Shown piece after piece: positions 22,302 to 31,154 of a stretch of 64,000 nucleotides of DNA (position 1 is its first letter; every line of letters begins with the position of its first letter). The DNA lies in contig JBHENX010000067.1 of NCBI GenBank assembly GCA_046261855.1, positions 21,141 to 85,140 of the forward strand, in the 5' to 3' direction. Under the pieces are notes generated by a model. That model did not search any database. It had not been told where the DNA came from and was given only the letters and a program-made list of their open reading frames with translations. The translations under genes and the position numbers were made by a program. The stretch comes from Pyrinomonadaceae bacterium. GTDB taxonomy: Bacteria; Acidobacteriota; Blastocatellia; Pyrinomonadales; Pyrinomonadaceae.

Positions 22302-24008
22302 ATGCGCTTCTGGCAGAACACCGAGTTGCGTTGGCTCGCAGTACGCGTCAAACCGTTCCTTCGACTTCATCTCGGCAGTTATTTCTGCATCCTGCTTTCC
22401 AGTTTTCTCGTGCTGCTCGATCCATTGATCGTGCGGTTTCTCATCGACGAGGTCATCCCCAATCGGCGCGTGAGTTGGTTGCCGTTCGTGGGAATTGCAT
22501 TTTTGTTCACTTACATGGCCCGGCTCGGCTTCGATAGCCTCGCGGGCATGCTTAACTTCGGCGCGGTGCAGAAGATGAGCTTTCGTTCGCGGCTCAGTTT
22601 GCTGCGACATCTGCAACGTCTCTCCGCCGAGTATCACGACAACCGCCCTGTGGGCGAGACGTTGCACCGGCTCCAAAATGATGTGGACCAGGTCGCCACA
22701 CTCAGCGGCGAAGTAATTCCGAGCGCGCTGCGCATGGTGACGGTGTTCACGCTCGTAATGACGACGATGCTGGTCCTGAATTATCAGCTCACGATCATTG
22801 TGTTGCCACTGGTGCCAGTTTTTATTTTGGCGCGTCGGCGGTTTCACGATCGTTTGCGTCGGGCGTCCGACTCGGTTCAGGAACAATCCGGCAAAGTGAT
22901 CGGGTTCCTCGAGGAGCACCTGTCGTCGATCGTGCAGGTGCAACTTCTTTCGTGCGAGCAGCGCGAGGCGCGCCGCTTTGCACGACTGTCGGGTAGCGCT
23001 GTGCGGGCGCAGGTAAAACGCCGCGGACTCGAACTCTTCTTCAGTGCCCTGCTCTACTTCATCATCATCACAGGCATGGCGGGCGTGCTTTGCTACGGCG
23101 GCTATCTCGTGATGTTTGGACGACTCACGCCGGGTGGACTCGTCGCCTTTTACGGCTACACCTTGCAGCTCTTCATTCCGCTCTACGGGGTTGTCGATAT
23201 CTATTCCAAGCTGCAACGCGCCGGGGCGAGTATCCGGCGCTTGATGGAGATCACCGAAGCCGACACGGTGCTGCGCGATCGTCCCGGAGCGTTGGCGCTG
23301 CAACCCGGGCGGGCCGGAGTGGTTGAGTTGAAGGATGTCTCGTTTGGTTATCAGCACTCCGAGCGGCCGGTGCTGAATGCCGTCAGTCTGCGGGTGAATG
23401 CGGGTGAGCGAGTCGCGCTTAGCGGGCGAAGCGGCAACGGCAAGAGCACCATTGCGAGACTACTGGCACGACTTTACGATGCGCGTACAGGATCGGTGTT
23501 GATCGAAGGCGTTGACGTGCGCGATGTGAAACTGAAGAGCCTGCGCTCTTCGGTGATCTTCGTGCCGCAGGACCCCGTCTTGTTTGACGTGACCCTGCGT
23601 GAAAACCTGCTCTATGGGAATACAGCCGCGAGCGAAGACGAGGTTGCGCAGGTCGCGCGACTCGCTCAACTGGAAAGCGTAATAAGTAAGTTGCCGCGTG
23701 GCTGGGACGAACCGCTTGGCCCACGCGGCAATCGTTTGTCGGGCGGCGAACGCCAACGAGTGGCGTTGGCCCGCGCATTGTTGCAACGCCCGCGCGTGCT
23801 GATTCTCGATGAATGCACCTCAGCACTCGATGCGTTAACTGAACGCTGGTTGCTTGATGGCCTCGACAGCTTTTTGCGCCACGTCACGACAATAGTTATT
23901 TCTCATCGCCCGTTCCCAACGAGTTGGGCCGACCGCGTGATCCACCTGGATTGCGGACGCATTTGTGAAGACGCTGACTCGTCCTGCTCGGTATCCGAAG
24001 CGCACTGA
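22302..24008 (+). CDS. ABC transporter, fused permease/ATPase (lasso-peptide exporter, McjD-like role)
   Basis: 568 aa. Six N-terminal TM helices are followed by Walker A GRSGNGKST, the signature LSGGERQRVALARAL and Walker B VLILDE. Confidence 0.85.
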   Translation: MRFWQNTELRWLAVRVKPFLRLHLGSYFCILLSSFLVLLDPLIVRFLIDEVIPNRRVSWLPFVGIAFLFTYMARLGFDSLAGMLNFGAVQKMSFRSRLSLLRHLQRLSAEYHDNRPVGETLHRLQNDVDQVATLSGEVIPSALRMVTVFTLVMTTMLVLNYQLTIIVLPLVPVFILARRRFHDRLRRASDSVQEQSGKVIGFLEEHLSSIVQVQLLSCEQREARRFARLSGSAVRAQVKRRGLELFFSALLYFIIITGMAGVLCYGGYLVMFGRLTPGGLVAFYGYTLQLFIPLYGVVDIYSKLQRAGASIRRLMEITEADTVLRDRPGALALQPGRAGVVELKDVSFGYQHSERPVLNAVSLRVNAGERVALSGRSGNGKSTIARLLARLYDARTGSVLIEGVDVRDVKLKSLRSSVIFVPQDPVLFDVTLRENLLYGNTAASEDEVAQVARLAQLESVISKLPRGWDEPLGPRGNRLSGGERQRVALARALLQRPRVLILDECTSALDALTERWLLDGLDSFLRHVTTIVISHRPFPTSWADRVIHLDCGRICEDADSSCSVSEAH

Positions 24009-24306
24009 ACATTTGCTTCTCAATGAGCCTCGCGAGATCTACTGCGAAAACATACTTGCTTCCAATCGCAAGCAAAGAAGAAATCTTTTTCCGCATTGGT
24101 GAGCCAGAGCGTAAAGTGCACGACGAAACTCAACTTGACATAACTAAACGCGGCATCGGGCTTTCCCCCAGAGCCTCACTCAATAGCGTTACAGGCTGAC
24201 CAGGTTTCTACCTCGCTGCTCAGTTATTGACGACGACAATTTTTTGCGAGTGCGCCTGCCGGCATGCTTGAGCTGACCGTGGTCGCGCGAGATTGAAAGC
24301 GGGCGT

Positions 24307-24381
24307 GAAGGCCACCCGCACGGTGGTGAAGAAGTGGCATCACCGGTCTGTCCGTTAACGCGGACGGTGCGGGTGGCCTTC
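24307..24381 (+). promoter_or_regulatory. 15-bp perfect inverted repeat enclosing two small hairpins, upstream of the lasso B gene
   Basis: GAAGGCCACCCGCAC (24307-24321) pairs with GTGCGGGTGGCCTTC (24367-24381). The 45-nt interior holds GGTGA..TCACC and GTCCG..CGGAC hairpins. No U-tract follows. Confidence 0.35.
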
Positions 24382-24424
24382 AAAGAGCCGGTATTTGTCT
24401 GTATTCCACCTGACGAGAAACTTT

Positions 24425-25279
24425 ATGACTGCCACAACAAACGCCGCGACCGCCGCTCCGCTCAACGCCTTTTCAGTCGTCGCGCGCAAGCACCGCGACG
24501 GCAGCGTGCTGCTCTCCGCGGCAAACGATCAAATCTTCAAACTCAACGGGGTCGGCGCGTTGACCTGGACTGTGCTCGAGCAGAGCCCGGAGCCTCTCAA
24601 GCTCAATGAGATCGTGCGGGAGTTGTACGCGCAGTTCGAAACCATGAACACCGGGGATGAAGCGCGTTACGAGGTGTCCGAGGAACAACTGAAGACGGAT
24701 ACCTCACGATTTCTCCGAAGCCTCAGTGACGCGGGCCTCGTGCAGTCGGTCAATGAAGCAAACGGCCGCGAGTCTTACCGGATCAGAGAAGGAATTAGCG
24801 GAACGACGTCGACAACGCTCGCAGAGTTAAAAGGGACTACGACGCAGACGGATGTCACGTCGCTGATAGCGCAGGCTGCGTCGCTTCCCGCAATTCGCCC
24901 GAAGATACACGAAACGTTGACCGCGCTGTTTGGTTTGTTTGCTTTTGACTTGTTGCTGCGCGTGCGTGGCTTTGACGCGTTAATCAGAAAAGTCGAGAGT
25001 TGGCCCACGGCTGAGCCTCACCGAACCGATCAGGAGATCTGCCGTCGCGTGAATGCGATGGTGACGCGCGCACAGGTTTATTACCCGAAGAAAGCGATGT
25101 GCTTGCAACACTCGGCCGTGGTGACATGTTTGTTGCGCCGCGGGGGCGTGCCGGCAGAGATGGTCCTTGCGGCGCAGGAGTTTCCACCGAAAGCGCACGC
25201 GTGGACCGAAGTCGCCGGGACTGTAGTAAATGATTATCGCCAAGTGAAAACCCGTTATCGAGAGTTAAGACGAATCTGA
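24425..25279 (+). CDS. Lasso peptide maturation protein B (fused PqqD-like RRE plus transglutaminase-like Cys protease)
   Basis: The ATG is at 24425. The N-terminal part is PqqD-like (IFKLNGVGALTWTVLEQSPEPLKLNEIVRELYAQFE...FLRSLSDAGLV). The C-terminal part is B2-type, with Cys in AMCLQHSAVV, His in KAHAWTEV and Asp in VVND. Confidence 0.8.
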   Translation: MTATTNAATAAPLNAFSVVARKHRDGSVLLSAANDQIFKLNGVGALTWTVLEQSPEPLKLNEIVRELYAQFETMNTGDEARYEVSEEQLKTDTSRFLRSLSDAGLVQSVNEANGRESYRIREGISGTTSTTLAELKGTTTQTDVTSLIAQAASLPAIRPKIHETLTALFGLFAFDLLLRVRGFDALIRKVESWPTAEPHRTDQEICRRVNAMVTRAQVYYPKKAMCLQHSAVVTCLLRRGGVPAEMVLAAQEFPPKAHAWTEVAGTVVNDYRQVKTRYRELRRI

Positions 25280-25293
25280 CCGGAGACGAATCC

Positions 25294-27228
25294 ATGAGTG
25301 CGATTGGCGCCATCTTCAACTTCCACAATCGGCCCTTCGGTGAAGAGGATCTGCGCGACTTGACAGCGCTGGGGCAGGCCTTGCGCAGGTGGGGACCAGA
25401 CGGCGGCCGGTTTGTCACGAGCGATTCGCTGGGCGTGTGTTACCAGGCTTTCAACACAACGCGGGAATCGGCTTTCGAAGAGCAACCGCTTGTCGCCCGT
25501 GACGGCCGGATGCTCGCGGCGGATGTACGTCTCGACAATCGTGAGGAATTGTTTGCGTCGACGCATCATCTGCTCGGCGCGACTCGGGAACGCGCTACAG
25601 ATGCCGACTACGTGATGGCCGCGCATGCGCGTTGGGGAACGGAGTTTCCTTTTCATCTCGTTGGTGAGTACGCGATCGTGTTCTACGACCCGCACGCGCG
25701 GACGATGTTATTGTGTCGCGATCATGTCGGCGCGCGCCCACTCTACTATCACCGCGATAACGATCGCGTGGTTGTGTCCTCGCAACTCGCGCCGCTGTTG
25801 GATGTGTTCGACATTCCACGTGACATCGATGAAGAGTACGTAGCCGGTTGCATGTCGCGCGGCCCGGCTATCGGAGTCACACCCTATAAGCACATTCATA
25901 GTGTGACGCCCGCGCATGTGCTGACCGTAACGCAATCGGGAGAGCTGCGGGAACGACGTTATTGGCAGCTCGACACAGAACGCGAGATTCGTTTGCGCAA
26001 CGACGAGGAGTATGAAGAGGCGTTTCGTTTTCATCTTCGTAACGCAGTGCAGGCGCCGTTGCGCACCGACCGCCCGGTAATGATCGAGCTCAGCGGCGGA
26101 CTCGACAGCTCGACTATCGCATGCGTCGCAGCCGACAGTATTCGCAAAGGCGAAACACAGAGCGGCCGGTTCGATACGGTGTCGTACGTCTACGACGAGT
26201 CGCCCACTTCGGACGAAAGCAGTTTCATTCAACGCGTGGAGAATTATCTTGGTCGCACCGGCATCCACGTCCGAGACGAAGACTCCAGTCTGTTTCCCCC
26301 ACCAGATCAGGATCTCGACATCGTTACTCCCAATCCGATCCTCTGCTCGTTCAACTATCACGAAGCGCTCTGCAACCTGATGCGCGAGACCGGGGCGCGC
26401 GTGCTTTTAACCGGGGTCGGTGGAGACCAGGTACTCGGGGCCAGTTACGATCCGTATCCGGAACTCGCGGACCTGCTCGTATTGAGAAAGCCATTACTTC
26501 TGCATCGCAGGTTACAACTGTGGGGCCAAACCCTGAACAAACCGTATTACTCATTGCTCTGGCACAAGACCATCGTGCCGGTCCTGCCCCGCACTGTTCA
26601 GCCGTGGTGCAGACAAACTGCGAAACGAGTACCGTCGTGGTTCAATCCCGAATTTGTGACTCGTGCAGGACTGCGTGAAAAAGAGCTGTCGCCCATCGAT
26701 CCATTCGGTTTTCGTCTTCCCAGCGGGAGAGATCAATCAGTTAGTTATTGTTCGGTGATCAAAAACCTTTCGCCGTGTCACCGGCGAGAACTGACCTCTC
26801 TCGACACTTCCTACCCCTACATGCATCGGCCACTGATCGAGTTTTTACAAGCCATACCGTTTGAACAACTGCTACGGCCGGGTGAAAACAGATCGTTGAT
26901 GCGCAGAGCGTTACACGATCTCGTGCCCGAAAAAATCCTTCGGCGACAAACTAAAGGCGATCCGACGGAAGGGCTCGCACGCGCAATGGCTCGCGAATGC
27001 TCCGCGCTTCGTTCGTTGTTCAGTGACTCGCGGGTATGTGCTTATGGCTTGATGGATAAAGCGCCCCTGCTTGCGGCGATCGACCGTGCGAAGAACGGTC
27101 TTGAAGTTTATGCCGGTGCGCTGCTCACAACGATTTCATTAGAGTTTTGGCTGCGGGCGCTGGAAAGTCGTCAGGCAGCCAAAAACTACGCCACGTTTAC
27201 CGCAATGTCACAAGCGGCGGTGGCGTAG
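25294..27228 (+). CDS. Lasso peptide cyclase C (asparagine synthetase-like, ATP-dependent lactam synthetase)
   Basis: 644 aa. An AsnB-like N-terminal domain is followed by the PP-loop ELSGGLDSSTIA and a typical AsnB-like C-terminal region. Confidence 0.85.
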   Translation: MSAIGAIFNFHNRPFGEEDLRDLTALGQALRRWGPDGGRFVTSDSLGVCYQAFNTTRESAFEEQPLVARDGRMLAADVRLDNREELFASTHHLLGATRERATDADYVMAAHARWGTEFPFHLVGEYAIVFYDPHARTMLLCRDHVGARPLYYHRDNDRVVVSSQLAPLLDVFDIPRDIDEEYVAGCMSRGPAIGVTPYKHIHSVTPAHVLTVTQSGELRERRYWQLDTEREIRLRNDEEYEEAFRFHLRNAVQAPLRTDRPVMIELSGGLDSSTIACVAADSIRKGETQSGRFDTVSYVYDESPTSDESSFIQRVENYLGRTGIHVRDEDSSLFPPPDQDLDIVTPNPILCSFNYHEALCNLMRETGARVLLTGVGGDQVLGASYDPYPELADLLVLRKPLLLHRRLQLWGQTLNKPYYSLLWHKTIVPVLPRTVQPWCRQTAKRVPSWFNPEFVTRAGLREKELSPIDPFGFRLPSGRDQSVSYCSVIKNLSPCHRRELTSLDTSYPYMHRPLIEFLQAIPFEQLLRPGENRSLMRRALHDLVPEKILRRQTKGDPTEGLARAMARECSALRSLFSDSRVCAYGLMDKAPLLAAIDRAKNGLEVYAGALLTTISLEFWLRALESRQAAKNYATFTAMSQAAVA

Positions 27229-27326
27229 ACGCGAAGAACGCTCTCTCGATACCTCGCAATGAGGTAACGACGGAGCCCGGAGATGAAACAATGCACCACC
27301 AAGTGCCCTAAACAGGAGAGTATGAA

Positions 27327-27476
27327 ATGACTGATAAATACGAAGCTGCTGAAGTGCTCGTCATTGGTAGAGCTCAGGACGTGATTCTGGGCATTAAGGA
27401 TGAGCCGATCGTGGACAATCGGACCAGCTCCGACCCGTTCAACCGGGACACACCGTCCGCCTGCTTTGACGAATAG
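27327..27476 (+). CDS. Lasso peptide precursor A1 (49 aa), not in the ORF track
   Basis: AGGAG (27314-27318) lies 8 nt before the ATG. The product is MTDKYEAAEVLVIGRAQDVILGIKDEPIVDNRTSSDPFNRDTPSACFDE. It is paralogous to A2 and lies directly downstream of the cyclase gene. Confidence 0.65.
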   Translation: MTDKYEAAEVLVIGRAQDVILGIKDEPIVDNRTSSDPFNRDTPSACFDE

Positions 27477-27628
27477 AGGCCGTTCTCGACCGGCTTTCGA
27501 CGCGGTGGGATGCGGACCGTTGAGCCGTCTACCGCATGGTACCAATGTACATGTGCGGGCAGCGGTTTAGCAGTTCGCGAGTTCGGAAATCATGGTGCCG
27601 CAAGGCGCCAAACTCAGGAGAGACTAAA

Positions 27629-27775
27629 ATGAACAACTATGAAGCTGCGGAAGTGATCGTCGTGGGAGCAGCCACTGACACGATCCTTGGTGAGAAGACC
27701 TTGCTGAAAATGGACAACGTCACCAGTGGCGACCCCTTCCTGCGAGAAGACGTGCCGGCGATGTTTGATGAGTAG
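27629..27775 (+). CDS. Lasso peptide precursor A2 (48 aa)
   Basis: AGGAG (27616-27620) lies 8 nt before the ATG at 27629. The product is MNNYEAAEVIVVGAATDTILGEKTLLKMDNVTSGDPFLREDVPAMFDE. The track ORF from 27536 is an upstream extension with no SD. Confidence 0.7.
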   Translation: MNNYEAAEVIVVGAATDTILGEKTLLKMDNVTSGDPFLREDVPAMFDE

Positions 27776-27805
27776 GATCCACATGGACTCTCATCGTCAC
27801 TGACC

Positions 27806-27850
27806 CAAGGTGGTGGATTGTTCATGCATCCGCCACCTTGATTCTTTAGC
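27806..27850. terminator. Hairpin between the convergent lasso and peptidase operons (bidirectional terminator candidate)
   Basis: CAAGGTGGTGGAT pairs with ATCCGCCACCTTG: a 13-bp stem with one G-U pair and a 9-nt loop. ATTCTTT follows on the + strand. Confidence 0.5.
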
Positions 27851-27865
27851 GTGCGGCGGCGCCCG

Positions 27866-30800
27866 TCAACGTCTTCGGTTTTTGACTCCGCCGGGCAACT
27901 CGATGATCGTTTCTGCAAGTACCACTCGCTCTTTAATCGGCTCGATGGTTTTGGTTGCAGGGTTATATTCATACCTCACCGTGGCGACATCGCGACTCAT
28001 TAGTTCGACGAGCCCGATCAGCCGCCGATTACCAAGCGGTTGAGCATCGATTCTGATGGTCGTTTCAGTTTCCGCGGTCGTTCCGCGCGCAACGGCTACA
28101 TCGGTTGTTAGAGGGAGGAGCGACCCGAATGCCGAGTGCGTGAAGACGTCGGTGTAATCGATGGTCAGGGTACTCGATGGTATCGAGACTGGATCGATTA
28201 CGACCTTCCATTTTCCACTTGTCGGTTGAGCAACGATGACCTTTTCGTCAACGCCACGACGGGCACTGAATGCCTTGAGCTCACACTCCTTCGCACAAAA
28301 ATACAAATACAGATCAACGTCTGCACCCGTTGAAGACGGCCCGCGAATAAACGCATTCAGCGACGCGGCTCCCGCGGGTACGTTGATCTCATAGACCAGG
28401 GGTTCATCTCCTTCCGCGATTGAGGCGCGAGTTGAGAAAGCGCTACCTAATGGCGACTCCGTGTACGAGCCGTTGAACGAAGCAAATTGATTGGTAAACC
28501 GGATGTGTTGCTTGTTCGGTTCTTCTCGCACGGCGGTCATGAGTTGACGTGGTAATGAGTTGGATTCAGCGGCGAACACGGCCGCTGTGATAATGAACTT
28601 CGCGCGCAGGGCCGCTGAATGTCCCGGAATCAACAGGTTCTGGTTTTCGACGATCACCTGCCAGACACCGGGTTCAGGATCGGTGATGATCCGGTCCAAA
28701 GTTCCTCCAGTTTGGTATTCAGGCTGCCACCGAACAGGTCTATCGCGGCCGTGGTCAAACTCTTTGCCGGTGGGACGCATGAATCGCATCTTGATCGTCC
28801 CGGCCTGTATTTTCGCTTCGACTTTAAAGGCGGATGTATTTGTCGGAACGTTGAAGAAGTAAGACGTGTAACCTGGATATTCTGCAGAGCCTTCGCGCGT
28901 CACAGTGTAATCTTTGGCCGGGGTAAACTGCTCCGCGGCAACTACTGTGTTCATGACCTGATAAACGGAACGTGCTCCACCGGGTTCGTCAAGATTAAGT
29001 ATCGAGCTGTGCGCCCCCGGAGTTTTCGCTGCGATTCGTATTGGAAGCGCAACGGGTGTGTTCAGCGGAAGTTGAATAGTGTCGGGGCTGTGAAAGACGC
29101 CGTCATTGCCGGACCAGCGCACCATGTAATTCGTCGGTGCAGCGTTCCCGGACGTTCGTGTAAAGGTGATTGTTCGTTGGCCGGATTGACCTGCTTGCCA
29201 ACCTTCTCGTTCGTAGATACCTGGGCCGTGATTGGGATTCTTCAAATAAGGACCAACCGCTACGTTTATTTCCGTCGAGCTCGAAATAGTGACCGGCGCC
29301 GGCGCTCGTTTGAGCGCTTCCCATGCAGCCGCAACATTTATCAATCCATTGCCCTGCTCATTTGCGCCGATACCTGAAAGGTAACGAGCACTCGACTTCA
29401 ACGCCCAGGCTATTCTGTCCGCGTCGTAAGGAACTCCGCTTTGCTTGGCCGCGCTAATAAGTAACGCCGCCGCCCCCGAGGCCATAGGGCACGCGTTAGA
29501 TGTACCCATACCCGAACTGTATCCGGGCGGCAGCTTGAATGGCGCAGGTATTCGAGACTCATAATTCCCAAAATCCGCCCCGATAGTTGCTGCCGGAGCG
29601 ATCAGATCGGGTTTGAAGCCCCCATCTGCTCGTGGACCACGCGCAGACAGATTCACTACTGCGTCTTCTGCGGCCGTGATGGCGCCGTAATTCGACTGCC
29701 AGGTAAGCCTGTTTATATAACCGCCCACACTGATCACTTTATCTGCGGCCGCCGGCTCACCATTAGTACTTATTCCTGGTCCATAGTTGTCAGCACTCGC
29801 AAAAATCGGCTTCTTATATTTGTCGATTAGCCGGCGAAAGATCACACCGACTACGGAGTTGCCATCCTGAGGCGGCATTAACGCCGCCCATTGCAAACTG
29901 ACCAGATCAACCTTGGGGTTTTTAACCGCAAGGATCATTGTTTCGACGAATGAGTGGGTGATCGACTTTCTCAGTACTGAGACGATCTGCGACCCCGGCG
30001 CAACACCGCTCATCTCGCCTCCGAAAAATTTGGAGCCTGCAGCGATGCTCGCAGTCGATGTAGCGTGTCCATTCACAATTGGCGCGAGATAGATGAGCTT
30101 GTGTTGCGGATAAGTCAGAATGGTAAACGCAACCGTCTCGCGTAAAGGAGTCTGGGGATTGTCTTTTCCCAGGATGCCAGGCCGGTAAGAAGAATTGAAG
30201 TCGGTCACCGCGGTTTCATCGGCAAAGCTATGGTCCTGGTTTGTGTCCAGCCACACCCGGTTACTCTCTTCGTTCCAAAGAACTACAAGCGAATTATCGT
30301 TTTGCTTGAGTTGTGGCAAATACGTTCGCAACAAGCCGGCGCCGAACGCGCTGATATCAAAAAAGCCGATTCGGTATGTTCCGTCGGCCGGACTCCGATA
30401 GGCCGTTTGCTTCCATTCAAAGCTTGCATTCCGAGCTTCAACCTGGTTCGACATATCGATTCTGAATGAAGATTCGTCATCCAGCAGATCAAGCGCATTT
30501 ATGACGTCTGAGAACTTTGGTATCGGAGTACCGTCGATTGAAAAAGCCGTTTGCAACTCGGGCGCAAGCATGTCCGGAGAGTTTCCGTCCACATTGGCAA
30601 TGGTGACGCCGCGTCCATCGAACGTTGGATGGTCACGAATGAACTGCGGAGCGCCGATGTCTCTTATAGGAAGATATGAGTTTTCGCGCGGTGTTGTTGC
30701 ATCCGGCGGCGGCGCGCTCTTTGGGGCAGCACTAACAGGTATATCCTGGGACGTGTCATACATTTGCACACCATCCAGCGCCATTACCTGGACAGCATTT

Positions 30801-31144
30801 AACCGCGCCACATCATCGACGCGATTGGTCGACACTTTGACGCGCAGATAATCGACGGCATCTTCGCGAAAGCGTATGACTGCTCCAAGCTTTACAAGTT
30901 CCTGAGCGACTGCGGGGTTGGCACCCGGCATTGCCACCAGCAGTAGCATGACTTCGCTTTTGCCTTGCAGCTTCGCCGCTATCACTCGTTCGCGATCGAT
31001 CTTTCGCAGCTTCGTGACTGATGGTCCTGATTGTGCAGCGCCATGACTTATGTCTGCCGTCGCCGGTTGAGTAAAAGTGTTAACTGAAAACAACCCGAGC
31101 AGGAGCACAAGGCTTTGAGCACTGGCTACGCGTCTGTTGTTCAA
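27866..31144 (-). CDS. Secreted S8 (subtilisin-family) serine peptidase, 1092 aa, with a C-terminal pre-peptidase-type beta domain
   Basis: A TTG at 31144 follows TAA-AGGAG of the upstream gene and gives LNNRRVASAQSLVLLLGLFSVNTFTQPATA. Catalytic-type motifs are IANVDGN, VNGHATSTASIAAG and GMGTSNACPMASGAAALL. DVDLYLY lies near the C-terminus. Confidence 0.8.
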   Translation of the reverse strand: MNNRRVASAQSLVLLLGLFSVNTFTQPATADISHGAAQSGPSVTKLRKIDRERVIAAKLQGKSEVMLLLVAMPGANPAVAQELVKLGAVIRFREDAVDYLRVKVSTNRVDDVARLNAVQVMALDGVQMYDTSQDIPVSAAPKSAPPPDATTPRENSYLPIRDIGAPQFIRDHPTFDGRGVTIANVDGNSPDMLAPELQTAFSIDGTPIPKFSDVINALDLLDDESSFRIDMSNQVEARNASFEWKQTAYRSPADGTYRIGFFDISAFGAGLLRTYLPQLKQNDNSLVVLWNEESNRVWLDTNQDHSFADETAVTDFNSSYRPGILGKDNPQTPLRETVAFTILTYPQHKLIYLAPIVNGHATSTASIAAGSKFFGGEMSGVAPGSQIVSVLRKSITHSFVETMILAVKNPKVDLVSLQWAALMPPQDGNSVVGVIFRRLIDKYKKPIFASADNYGPGISTNGEPAAADKVISVGGYINRLTWQSNYGAITAAEDAVVNLSARGPRADGGFKPDLIAPAATIGADFGNYESRIPAPFKLPPGYSSGMGTSNACPMASGAAALLISAAKQSGVPYDADRIAWALKSSARYLSGIGANEQGNGLINVAAAWEALKRAPAPVTISSSTEINVAVGPYLKNPNHGPGIYEREGWQAGQSGQRTITFTRTSGNAAPTNYMVRWSGNDGVFHSPDTIQLPLNTPVALPIRIAAKTPGAHSSILNLDEPGGARSVYQVMNTVVAAEQFTPAKDYTVTREGSAEYPGYTSYFFNVPTNTSAFKVEAKIQAGTIKMRFMRPTGKEFDHGRDRPVRWQPEYQTGGTLDRIITDPEPGVWQVIVENQNLLIPGHSAALRAKFIITAAVFAAESNSLPRQLMTAVREEPNKQHIRFTNQFASFNGSYTESPLGSAFSTRASIAEGDEPLVYEINVPAGAASLNAFIRGPSSTGADVDLYLYFCAKECELKAFSARRGVDEKVIVAQPTSGKWKVVIDPVSIPSSTLTIDYTDVFTHSAFGSLLPLTTDVAVARGTTAETETTIRIDAQPLGNRRLIGLVELMSRDVATVRYEYNPATKTIEPIKERVVLAETIIELPGGVKNRRR

Positions 31145-31154
31145 TGCCGCTCCT

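Noticed and set aside
22269-23357. 362-aa minus-strand ORF
   Set aside because: It runs antisense to the ABC transporter, which has clear Walker and signature motifs. It has no motifs of its own and an Arg/His/Gln-rich composition.
25708-26361. 217-aa minus-strand ORF inside the lasso cyclase gene
   Set aside because: It runs antisense to an ORF with a clear SGGLDSS PP-loop and AsnB-like architecture. I found no independent support for it.
27186-27545. 119-aa minus-strand ORF covering the A1 precursor region
   Set aside because: It has no SD and no motifs. The plus-strand reading gives a peptide paralogous to A2 with identical SD spacing, which explains the region better.
27866-31144. Calling the S8 peptidase a lasso isopeptidase outright
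   Set aside because: Known lasso isopeptidases belong to a different family (S9-like). The only evidence here is adjacency, so it is kept as a hypothesis in the findings and not as an annotation.
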